From contig JBBDYA010000030.1 of assembly GCA_040902005.1 (NCBI GenBank), forward strand, positions 22,410 through 39,131: a stretch of DNA of 16,722 bases. Direction: 5' to 3'. The DNA comes from Gemmatimonadaceae bacterium. Lineage in GTDB: Bacteria; Gemmatimonadota; Gemmatimonadetes; Gemmatimonadales; Gemmatimonadaceae. The position numbers and the translations under genes are program-made. Under the pieces are notes generated by a model. The model was given only the letters and a program-made list of their open reading frames with translations, searched no databases and was not told the DNA's origin. How positions within the stretch are numbered: the stretch's first letter is position 1; each line of letters begins with the position of its first letter. Positions 8,370 to 15,564 of the stretch are shown here, piece after piece.

Positions 8370-9875
8370 ATGCCTCGCACCGATTCCAAACCGCAGGGCC
8401 GCATCCTCATTGCCGATGACGAATCGGCAATCGCCAGCGGACTGAGTGCCATTCTCAGTGACGCCGGTTACGTGGTCGAAATCGCCGCGGACGGGCAGAA
8501 GGCGCTCGACCGGCTCCAGACCGAGCGATTTGGCGTCGTCCTCGCGGACCTCAAGATGCCCAAGCTCGACGGCATCGCGCTGCTGAAGGCCATACGTGAA
8601 CGGAAGATCCCGACCGAGTTCGTGATGATCACGGGCCAGGGATCCACCGAACTGGCCATCGAGGCGATGAAGGAGGGGGCGGCCGATTACATCGAAAAGC
8701 CCCTGAACGCTGAGCGGCTCAATAAGCTCAAGGTCCAGATTCCGAAACTGCTCGGGCAATTCGCGATGCAGGAGCAGAACCGGCAGCTCTCGGCCACACT
8801 GGAAGGGTTGACGCACTACGGGGAACTCACCGGACAGTCGGAGGAAATGCGTCACGTCTATTCGGTCATCGCCGCGGTCGCGCCGTCCACCGCATCCGTG
8901 CTGATCCTCGGCGAGTCGGGCACGGGCAAGGAACTCGTGGCCCGCGCGCTTCACACCAAGAGCGACCGTGCCAAGGGGCCGTTCTTCGCGCTCAACTGCG
9001 CGGCGCTCCCGAAAGAGATTCTCGAGAACGAGCTGTTCGGGCACGAGAAGGGCGCGTTCACCGGGAGCACCAACGAGAAGCAGGGCGCGTTCGAGCTGGC
9101 CAGCGGCGGGACGATCTTCCTGGACGAAGTGGCGGAAATGTCCACGGACATCCAGGTGAAGCTGCTCCGCGCGCTGGAAAGCCGGCAGGTGCGGCGCCTG
9201 GGCGGCAAGAAGGAGATCGACGTGGACATCCGCGTCGTGGCAGCGACCAACAGGGACCTCCAGAAGGCCCTGGCCGACGCGGAGCTGCGCGAGGACCTGT
9301 ACTACCGGCTCGCGGTCGTGGAAATAGCGCTGCCATCGCTGCGAGAGCGCATGGGCGACGTGAAGCTCCTGGCGTCGGAGTTCCTGGAGCGGTTCTCGAA
9401 ACAGAACGGCAAGAGCATCGGCGGCTTCACGGACGATGCCTGGGAGTGGGTGCTCACCTACCACTGGCCGGGCAACGTACGCGAGCTGAAGAACACGGTG
9501 GAACGCGGCGTGATCATGGCCCGCGGCGAGCGCATTACGCTGCAGGACCTGATGCCACGTCATCTCAAGGGCGCCGGCGAGATTCCGAGCACCTTCACAA
9601 TCTCGGTGGGGTCGTCCTTGCAGGACGCGCAACGGCAGCTGGTGTTGCGCACCTTTGCCAACGCGAGCGGCGACGTGGAGCGGGCCGGCAAGCTGCTGGG
9701 CATGCCGGCCGAGGACGTGCGGCGGGAGCTCCTGGCGCTCCTGAACGGTGCCGTGGCCGGCGAGACGATCGACGCCCGCGGCGGGGCCGCGGTTCGCCGG
9801 GCATCCACCACGCCGTCGGCCAGCGCGGCGGCCACGGCAGCACCCCGTCGAGCGAAGTCCTCCAAAAAGAAATAG
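8370..9875 (+). CDS. NtrC-family sigma54-dependent response regulator (REC + AAA+ + Fis-like HTH)
   Basis: REC: ILIADDE, VLADLKMP, MITG, DYIEKP. AAA+: Walker A GESGTGKE, ELFGHEKGAFTGS, Walker B IFLDEV, REDLYYRL, WPGNVREL. C-terminal GDVERAGKLLG. Confidence 0.95.
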   Translation: MPRTDSKPQGRILIADDESAIASGLSAILSDAGYVVEIAADGQKALDRLQTERFGVVLADLKMPKLDGIALLKAIRERKIPTEFVMITGQGSTELAIEAMKEGAADYIEKPLNAERLNKLKVQIPKLLGQFAMQEQNRQLSATLEGLTHYGELTGQSEEMRHVYSVIAAVAPSTASVLILGESGTGKELVARALHTKSDRAKGPFFALNCAALPKEILENELFGHEKGAFTGSTNEKQGAFELASGGTIFLDEVAEMSTDIQVKLLRALESRQVRRLGGKKEIDVDIRVVAATNRDLQKALADAELREDLYYRLAVVEIALPSLRERMGDVKLLASEFLERFSKQNGKSIGGFTDDAWEWVLTYHWPGNVRELKNTVERGVIMARGERITLQDLMPRHLKGAGEIPSTFTISVGSSLQDAQRQLVLRTFANASGDVERAGKLLGMPAEDVRRELLALLNGAVAGETIDARGGAAVRRASTTPSASAAATAAPRRAKSSKKK

Positions 9876-9883
9876 ATTGCATC

Positions 9884-10357
9884 ATGCGCGATTACGAGTT
9901 TGACGACGAGCCCTACGTCGTGATTGACAAGCGTTCCAGCGGGGTGGGATCGTTCCTGCTGGGACTGGCCCTTGGCGCGGCCGCCGCGCTGCTGATGGCA
10001 CCGCACTCCGGCGCTGAAACGCGTCGAAGAATCAACACCGGCGCCCGCCGCGCGCGCCGCGCCGCAGAAGACGCCGTCGGCGAGGTGACGAGCCGCGTGG
10101 GAGACACCTTCGAGACGGCGCGGCAGCGGGTGGAGGAAAAGATCGAGGAAACGCGCGGCGCCATCGAGGTGAAGCGCGAGCAGGTGGAGCGCGCCGTCCG
10201 CGCCGGTCGTGAAGCGGCCCAGCAGGCGCGGGAAGAACTCGAGTCGCGGCTGACCGAGACCAAGGCCGCCTATGGCGCCGGCGCGCAGGTCGCGCGGGAG
10301 GCGAGGGCAGACCGCGCCGTGGGTCGCGCCACGGCTGCCAAGGGACGACACGCCTAG
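9884..10357 (+). CDS. YtxH-domain protein, 157 aa
   Basis: Start at ATG 9884 (MRDYEFDDEPYVVI). FLLGLALGAAAALLMAPHSGAETRRRI is the YtxH signature and is followed by a charged helical region. Confidence 0.88.
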   Translation: MRDYEFDDEPYVVIDKRSSGVGSFLLGLALGAAAALLMAPHSGAETRRRINTGARRARRAAEDAVGEVTSRVGDTFETARQRVEEKIEETRGAIEVKREQVERAVRAGREAAQQAREELESRLTETKAAYGAGAQVAREARADRAVGRATAAKGRHA

Positions 10358-10372
10358 CGCGTTCGGCCCGCC

Positions 10373-11284
10373 ATGACCCAGCAGCGGCCGTGGTGGATCA
10401 GTCTCGGATGGACCGCACGCGAGTACATCAAGCGCGTGTGGGACCATTCCTCGGAGAACAACCTCCTGTTCCTGGCCGGGGGCATCGCGTTCAACATCCT
10501 CCTCGCCGCCGTCCCGTTCGTGCTGCTGCTGGTGACGGGAGTCACCTACCTCCTGCCCGCGATCACGCGCGTGGATTCCACCGTCGCCATCTACCAGTTC
10601 ATCGACCGGTTGCTGCCAGGGCAGACGTCCGTGACCGACAACTGGGTCCACACGATGCTGGATGACATCATGCAATCGCGCGGGACCGTGACCCTCTACA
10701 GCGCGCTGATCTTCACCTGGCTCTCCACGCGCCTGTTCGGGTCACTCCGGTCGGCCCTGGCCGACGTTTTCGACATCGAGCACGAGCGCGGCATCATCCA
10801 GGGAAAGATCTACGACATCCAGATCACGGTGGTATCCACGGTGCTGTTCGTCGCGAGCACGTTCGTGAGCACGTACCTGGCGCTGGCCACCACGCGGGGG
10901 CTGTCGGCGCTCCAGGACCTGGGCCTGCGCCGAGACGTCATGACGGGGCTGGAATACTGGATCGGCCGCGGGCTGGCCTTCGCGTTCATCGCCCTGATGT
11001 TCTTCGCGCTGTACAAGTACCTGCCGATCCGGAAGGTGCGGACCCGCACGGCCTGGCTGGCGGCCGGGTTTTCCGCGGTGCTGCTGGAGGTGGCGAAGCA
11101 GGTATTTCGTGTCGTCCTCATGTCCATCACCCCGCAGTCCATTTACACCGGCACGCTCGCCGCCCTTGTAATCGTGGTGGTGTGGACCTACTATGCGGCG
11201 CTGATTTTCCTCATTGGCGGTGAAGTCGGACAGGTGTACGAGCTGCGCCGGACCCGGAAGCTGCAAAGGGAAGTGTTCACCTGA
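10373..11284 (+). CDS. YihY/BrkB-family inner membrane protein
   Basis: LAGGIAFNILLAAVPFVLLL, multiple TM helices, LYKYLP, and IYTGTLAALVIVVVWTYYAALIFLIGGE. Confidence 0.92.
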   Translation: MTQQRPWWISLGWTAREYIKRVWDHSSENNLLFLAGGIAFNILLAAVPFVLLLVTGVTYLLPAITRVDSTVAIYQFIDRLLPGQTSVTDNWVHTMLDDIMQSRGTVTLYSALIFTWLSTRLFGSLRSALADVFDIEHERGIIQGKIYDIQITVVSTVLFVASTFVSTYLALATTRGLSALQDLGLRRDVMTGLEYWIGRGLAFAFIALMFFALYKYLPIRKVRTRTAWLAAGFSAVLLEVAKQVFRVVLMSITPQSIYTGTLAALVIVVVWTYYAALIFLIGGEVGQVYELRRTRKLQREVFT

Positions 11285-11344
11285 GGGCGATTTTTGACGG
11301 TTTTGGGCCCCAGGGGCGCACAGAAGTCTTTTGTCGATAGGGTC

Positions 11345-11373
11345 TTGTCAGTCCACGCCGCATGTTTCATACT
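11345..11373 (+). promoter_or_regulatory. Putative sigma70 promoter for the Big_2 lipoprotein gene
   Basis: TTGTCA (11345-11350)-N17-CATACT (11368-11373), about 70 nt upstream of ATG 11445. Confidence 0.55.
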
Positions 11374-11444
11374 GGGGGTCGGCAAACCTCTTTCGAGCCC
11401 CCTCGGCCCGATCGCGCGGCATTTTACCCAAACCCCCAGTCCCA

Positions 11445-12782
11445 ATGAAGAAGCTCACTCGGTCCATGACGCGCTTTCGGCGTGTCTCCGCCAGCGCCGC
11501 GGTATTGGCTCTGGCGTCATTCACGGCGGCAGGCTGTGATCCGGCCACCGGTCCAGATGCGATAGGAGGCCCAGGCGCCGTGACCGGCGTCGAAGTCGTG
11601 GTGCTTCCCGTTGGGACATCGACGACCAACCTGGTGCGGGGCGTGACGCGGCAGCTGCTCGCAGCACCGCACGACGCCAACAACCTGTTCGTCAACACCG
11701 CAGTCGTATGGGCGTCGTCCGACGCCGCAAAGGCAACGGTGAGCGCCACCGGCCTCGTCACGATCGGCACGGGCGCGGCCGCGGGCGGCGATGTGAACAT
11801 CACCGCGACGGCAGGGGGCCAGGTCGGAACGTTCCCACTGAACGTGCAGCACCCCATCACGGCGGTCGTTCTCACTCCTGTCGATCAGACCATCCGTCGG
11901 GAAGGCACCGTCGCACTCACGGCGGGGCTGACTGACGCCGCTGGGGTCGCGGGCTTCGGGCGGACAGTCACATGGGCGTCGTCAAACACTGCCGTCGCCA
12001 CGGTCAACTCTTCTGGCGTTGTGTCCGGAGTGACGGATGGCGTCGTCACGATCACGGCAACCGTCAATAATACTGGTGACGTTGCCAACGTCTTGGGAAC
12101 CACGACCGTGACGGTGTCCGGCGCGCCGCTTGTCGCATCCGTGGCAGTCACCGCGCCGGCGACGTTCGGCGGCATTACCCAGACCATCCAGGCGACGCAC
12201 GCGTCGAGCGCTGCGTCGGGTACCGTGATTGCGGGAACAACGGCCACCTGGTCGTCATCGGCCACGTCGGTGGCCACGGTCAGCGCGACCGGCCTCGTTA
12301 CCCTCGTTGGTGAAGGCACGGCGAGTATCCGCGCCGACGTTGACGACGGCACTGGCACTCTCGTCCGCGGTACGCTGACGATCCGGAGCGCCCCAATTCT
12401 CGTCAGTGGCGTCGGCACGCCGAGCGGGACGATAGCGTCGGGAACGTCGAAGTATTGGGCCCTCGTCGTGCCGGCCGGCGGCGCGGGCATCTCGGTGACC
12501 AGCGACGCAGGCGCCACTGGCGACGGCGACCTCTTCTTGCTCGTAGCGGGTGTCAATCCATCAACGCCGCCTGCCGGTGGGTTCGGGACAATTCCCCCCA
12601 TACTGTGTGGGACTAACGGTGGCTGCTTCTCCGGGGCCAGCGGGAATACAGAGGCCATTTCGCGCACGGGGGCCAATGCGCTAGCCGAAGGAACGTACCC
12701 AATCGCTTACCACGCCTGGACGGGCGGCGGCTTCACAGAGCCCGTGACCGGCGTGACCCTTACGGCGACGATTACGCCGTAG
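11445..12782 (+). CDS. Ig-like (Big_2 x3) lipoprotein with a C-terminal PPC-like beta-sandwich, ~445 aa
   Basis: Signal/lipobox MKKLTRSMTRFRRVSASAAVLALASFTAAG-C. Three Big_2-type repeats: WASSDAAKATVSATGLVT, WASSNTAVATVNSSGVVS, WSSSATSVATVSATGLVT. The C-terminus (SKYWALVVPAG...GDGDLFL...GNTE...GTYPI) resembles a pre-peptidase C-terminal domain. Confidence 0.8.
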   Translation: MKKLTRSMTRFRRVSASAAVLALASFTAAGCDPATGPDAIGGPGAVTGVEVVVLPVGTSTTNLVRGVTRQLLAAPHDANNLFVNTAVVWASSDAAKATVSATGLVTIGTGAAAGGDVNITATAGGQVGTFPLNVQHPITAVVLTPVDQTIRREGTVALTAGLTDAAGVAGFGRTVTWASSNTAVATVNSSGVVSGVTDGVVTITATVNNTGDVANVLGTTTVTVSGAPLVASVAVTAPATFGGITQTIQATHASSAASGTVIAGTTATWSSSATSVATVSATGLVTLVGEGTASIRADVDDGTGTLVRGTLTIRSAPILVSGVGTPSGTIASGTSKYWALVVPAGGAGISVTSDAGATGDGDLFLLVAGVNPSTPPAGGFGTIPPILCGTNGGCFSGASGNTEAISRTGANALAEGTYPIAYHAWTGGGFTEPVTGVTLTATITP

Positions 12783-12809
12783 TTCGACATCAGCAGTTGA
12801 AGGACATGG

Positions 12810-12845
12810 AAGCGCCTCCGGGACGGTCCCGGGGGCGCTTTCTGC
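12810..12845 (+). terminator. Intrinsic terminator-like hairpin after the Big_2 gene
   Basis: AAGCGCCTCCGGGA-cgg-TCCCGGGGGCGCTT (one G-U pair) followed by a short T-rich tail. Confidence 0.7.
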
Positions 12846-12910
12846 TCATTGGCGCTCGGCGCGTGCGTCTTCGCTGTCGCGGCCGACGACACGTGGCCAT
12901 TTTCCGTCGC

Positions 12911-15163
12911 ATGGAGAAACGCGCTGCGCTCCGCCTGGCACTGCTATCCCTCGTGGGAGGGATAGCGTGCGCTGGCGAACCCGTGGCCGTCGGGGACAAC
13001 TCGCCGCCCGCCGTCATGATACTGCTGCCGGTGCCGGGTCAGTTTGCCGGCGGCGACTCGATCGACGTGCTGGCCAGCGCCACCGACGCACAGCAGGGTA
13101 CTCTCGGAGCGGCGTCGCTGGACTGGTGGGTGGTCCTGCATCATGGCGAGCACACGCATCCCTTCATCCCGGTCACGAATGGCGTGCCCGGTCGTTTCGG
13201 GATTCCGCGCGTCGGGCATACGGACGCCGACATTTTTTATCGTGTCAGTGTTCGTGCCACCGACGCCGGCGGGTTGAGCGACACGGCGCAGGTGGATCTC
13301 ATCCCTCGGCTCGTCGAGCTCACGCTGCTCACGCAGCCGCCCGGTCTGACTGTGACGCTGGATCATCAGCCCCGGCAAAGTCCGCTCACGGTTTCGTCGG
13401 TCGCCGGCGTCGAACGCGTCATAGGCGCTCCGGGACCCCAGGCGAAAGGTGGACTGGATTACGAGTTCGCACGGTGGACGCACGGTGGTCTCGCGACGCA
13501 GGTGATCGTCGCGGACGGTAATGAGACCCTCACGGCAGTCTTCCAGGAAGCGGGGGTCGCCAACATCCCTCCGGCAATCGCGCTCATCGCGCCCGCCATG
13601 GAATCGATCGTTACCGCCGGCGACGAAATCAGAATCGCGGCGGAGGCCTCGGACACAGACGGCGACGTGATCGCAGTCGAGTTCTTCGTGAACCAGGCGG
13701 AGGTTGGCGTCGATTCATCCGCCCCATTTGACGTTGAATGGATCCCCGCGGGCACTGGGAGTCGTCAGCTCACTGCCCGCGCCACGGACAACCATGGCGC
13801 AGTCACTGTCGCCGCGCCGCGCACTGTCACTGTACAGGCGCCCGGCCCTGGAGATGGCCTGGCACCGGTCGTGACAATCGATTTGCCACTCGACGGAACG
13901 CTGGATCTTGTCGGGACCGTGGCCGTGACGGCATCGGCGACGGACAATGTCGGCGTGTGGCTCGTGGAGTTCTACGTCGACGGAAAGCTGTTGGCGAGGG
14001 ACAGCCTCGCTCCGTACGGCGCATCGCTCGCGTCTACGGCTGCCTTCACATCTGGCGTCCATGTCTTCAGCGCGCGGGCTCGTGATGACGCCGGTAACTG
14101 GTCCGACTGGGCGGCCGCGCGCGTTACGTTCGGGGGCAGCGTGAACCTGCCGCAAGGATTCACGCGGGAGGTATACGCGAGTGGCTTCAGCGATATTCTG
14201 ACGGCGGTTGCCGTTTCGGACGATGGCCGCCTGTTCGTGGCCGAGAAGTCGGGCCGCTTGCGGGTGGTGCGCGACGGCTCCCTGCTGCCCACGCCGTTCG
14301 TGGAACTGCCGGTGCTGGACGAGTCCGAGCGGGGCCTGATCGGCGTCACGCTGCATCCGAACTTCGCGGTCAACGGCCTGGTGTACGTCTACTACACGTC
14401 CGCCGATGGCGGCGCACACAATCGCATCAGCCGGTTCGTCGCGTCAGGCGACACGGCCGCTGGACCAGAACAGGTCCTGGTCGATCTCCCACCACTGTCC
14501 GAGGCTGGAAAGCACAACGGGGGAGCCATGCATTTCGGTATCGACGGAAAGCTCTACGTGGCCGTCGGTGACAACGCGGACGGCTCGCTCGCCCCGAGCC
14601 TGGTGTCCACGTTTGGCAAGATGCTGCGGTTCAACGCCGACGGCAGCATTCCTGTCGACAACCCGTTCTTCGGCCAGACAACCGGCATCAATCGCGCTAT
14701 CTGGGCGCGTGGCCTTCGCAATCCCTTCACCTTCGCGATCCAGCCGGGCACTGGTCGGATGCACATCAACGACGTCGGCCAGAGCAACTGGGAGGAGATC
14801 AACCTTGGCCGAGCCGGGGCCGACTACGGCTGGCCGGCCAGCGAGGGCCCGACCTCCAATCCGTCGTTCGATGCGCCGATCCTGGCATATGCCCATTCCG
14901 ACAGCCCGACGCTCTTTGAAGGGTTCGCGATTGTGGGCGGCGCGTTCTACCACCCGCCTTCACCGCTCTTCGGCGACGAGTATGTCGGCAGCTACTTCTT
15001 TGCCGACTATGTGCAGGGCTGGGTTTACCGCCTGGATGTGTCCAACGGAAATGCGGTGTACGCCTTCGCTCAGGTGGGAGGCTTCCCCACGGGCCTGGCG
15101 TTCGGCACTGATGGAGCCATGTACGTCCTGGTCGGCACGCGGGTGGACCGCATCGCGCGCTGA
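12911..15163 (+). CDS. PQQ-dependent sugar dehydrogenase (glucose/sorbosone-DH beta-propeller) lipoprotein with N-terminal Ig-like domains, ~750 aa
   Basis: Start ATG 12911, MEKRAALRLALLSLVGGIA-C (lipobox). Two Ig-like repeats (ASDTDGDVIAVEFFVN...LTARATDNHG; ATDNVGVWLVEFYVDG...ARARDDAGN). Propeller motifs DGRLFVAEKSG, ERGLIGVTLHPNF, HNGGAMHFGIDGKLYVAVGD, GKMLRFNADGSIPVDNPF, GLRNPF, DVGQSNWEEIN, YGWP, YFFADY. Confidence 0.88.
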   Translation: MEKRAALRLALLSLVGGIACAGEPVAVGDNSPPAVMILLPVPGQFAGGDSIDVLASATDAQQGTLGAASLDWWVVLHHGEHTHPFIPVTNGVPGRFGIPRVGHTDADIFYRVSVRATDAGGLSDTAQVDLIPRLVELTLLTQPPGLTVTLDHQPRQSPLTVSSVAGVERVIGAPGPQAKGGLDYEFARWTHGGLATQVIVADGNETLTAVFQEAGVANIPPAIALIAPAMESIVTAGDEIRIAAEASDTDGDVIAVEFFVNQAEVGVDSSAPFDVEWIPAGTGSRQLTARATDNHGAVTVAAPRTVTVQAPGPGDGLAPVVTIDLPLDGTLDLVGTVAVTASATDNVGVWLVEFYVDGKLLARDSLAPYGASLASTAAFTSGVHVFSARARDDAGNWSDWAAARVTFGGSVNLPQGFTREVYASGFSDILTAVAVSDDGRLFVAEKSGRLRVVRDGSLLPTPFVELPVLDESERGLIGVTLHPNFAVNGLVYVYYTSADGGAHNRISRFVASGDTAAGPEQVLVDLPPLSEAGKHNGGAMHFGIDGKLYVAVGDNADGSLAPSLVSTFGKMLRFNADGSIPVDNPFFGQTTGINRAIWARGLRNPFTFAIQPGTGRMHINDVGQSNWEEINLGRAGADYGWPASEGPTSNPSFDAPILAYAHSDSPTLFEGFAIVGGAFYHPPSPLFGDEYVGSYFFADYVQGWVYRLDVSNGNAVYAFAQVGGFPTGLAFGTDGAMYVLVGTRVDRIAR

Positions 15164-15168
15164 GACGC

Positions 15169-15184
15169 TGGCATTGCCCTTGCT
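15169..15184 (+). promoter_or_regulatory. Putative sigma54 (-24/-12) promoter
   Basis: TGGCATTGCCCTTGCT compared with consensus TGGCACG-N4-TTGC(A/T): exact GG-N10-GC spacing, and TGGCA and TTGCT both match. Begins 6 nt after the dehydrogenase stop. Confidence 0.6.
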
Positions 15185-15194
15185 CTTCTGCCCG

Positions 15195-15323
15195 GCAGAC
15201 GGCGGGTGGAACGAATGCCCGATCCGAATACAGGGGCCGCGGCTGACGGAAGCCATGGAGCGGTTTCCCCCTGCAAAGTCACGGGAGTGTAGAGCTTCGC
15301 CTCTTGCCCGTGGCTTTTTTTTT
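15195..15323 (+). ncRNA. Candidate ~130-nt small RNA of unknown family (alternatively a 25-aa sORF transcript)
   Basis: Lies between the sigma54-like promoter (predicted start ~15195) and a T9 terminator. Contains a long interrupted stem-loop at 15231-15273. Confidence 0.45.
15275..15323 (+). terminator. Intrinsic terminator
   Basis: AAAGTCACGGG (15275-15285) pairs with CCCGTGGCTTT (15307-15317), with inner AGAG/CTCT pairing. T9 run at 15315-15323. Confidence 0.8.
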
Positions 15324-15347
15324 GGTCTGGCGGACGAATCAACTCGC

Positions 15348-15376
15348 TTGAGGCAGGACCGCTGCATGACTACCTT
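15348..15376 (+). promoter_or_regulatory. sigma70-like promoter of the SRP RNA
   Basis: TTGAGG (15348-15353)-N17-TACCTT (15371-15376). This places +1 at about 15382-15383, the first bases of the SRP terminal stem. Confidence 0.7.
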
Positions 15377-15381
15377 GCTGA

Positions 15382-15480
15382 TGTCCCAGGTCCCGGAGGG
15401 CGTCAGCTCTCTAATTCCGTCAGGACCGAAAGGTAGCAGCGGCATGAGATGTCTTTCGTTGCTTTGGTCGGCCTGGGACA
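15382..15480 (+). ncRNA. ffs: Signal recognition particle RNA (bacterial small SRP / 4.5S type)
   Basis: Helix-8 motif TCAGGACCGAAAGGTAGCAGC (cf. TCAGGTCCGGAAGGAAGCAGC). Terminal stem TGTCCCAGG/CCTGGGACA, ~99 nt in total. Directly upstream of dnaX, a common arrangement. Confidence 0.92.
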
Positions 15481-15482
15481 CT

Positions 15483-15522
15483 GCGCGGGGCTCCTTCTCG
15501 GAAGGACCCCGCGCTTCCTTTT
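15483..15522 (+). terminator. Terminator hairpin downstream of ffs
   Basis: GCGCGGGG-c-TCCTTC-tcg-GAAGGA-CCCCGCGC followed by TTCCTTTT. Confidence 0.75.
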
Positions 15523-15564
15523 CCTGACTGCGGATTCCAGCATCGGAACTAGATTCCGATTGCC

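Noticed and set aside
11380..11395. CGGCAAACCTCTTTCG as a sigma54 promoter
   Set aside because: It has TTTC instead of the TTGC -12 element, and a better sigma70-like promoter lies just upstream.
15169..15323. Known riboswitch or T-box (GGGTGGAAC), or Alu domain of a large SRP RNA
   Set aside because: I could not match SAM, TPP, cobalamin, glycine or c-di-GMP cores. The T-box similarity is short and lacks stem I. A terminator and a separate promoter isolate the region from the small SRP RNA.
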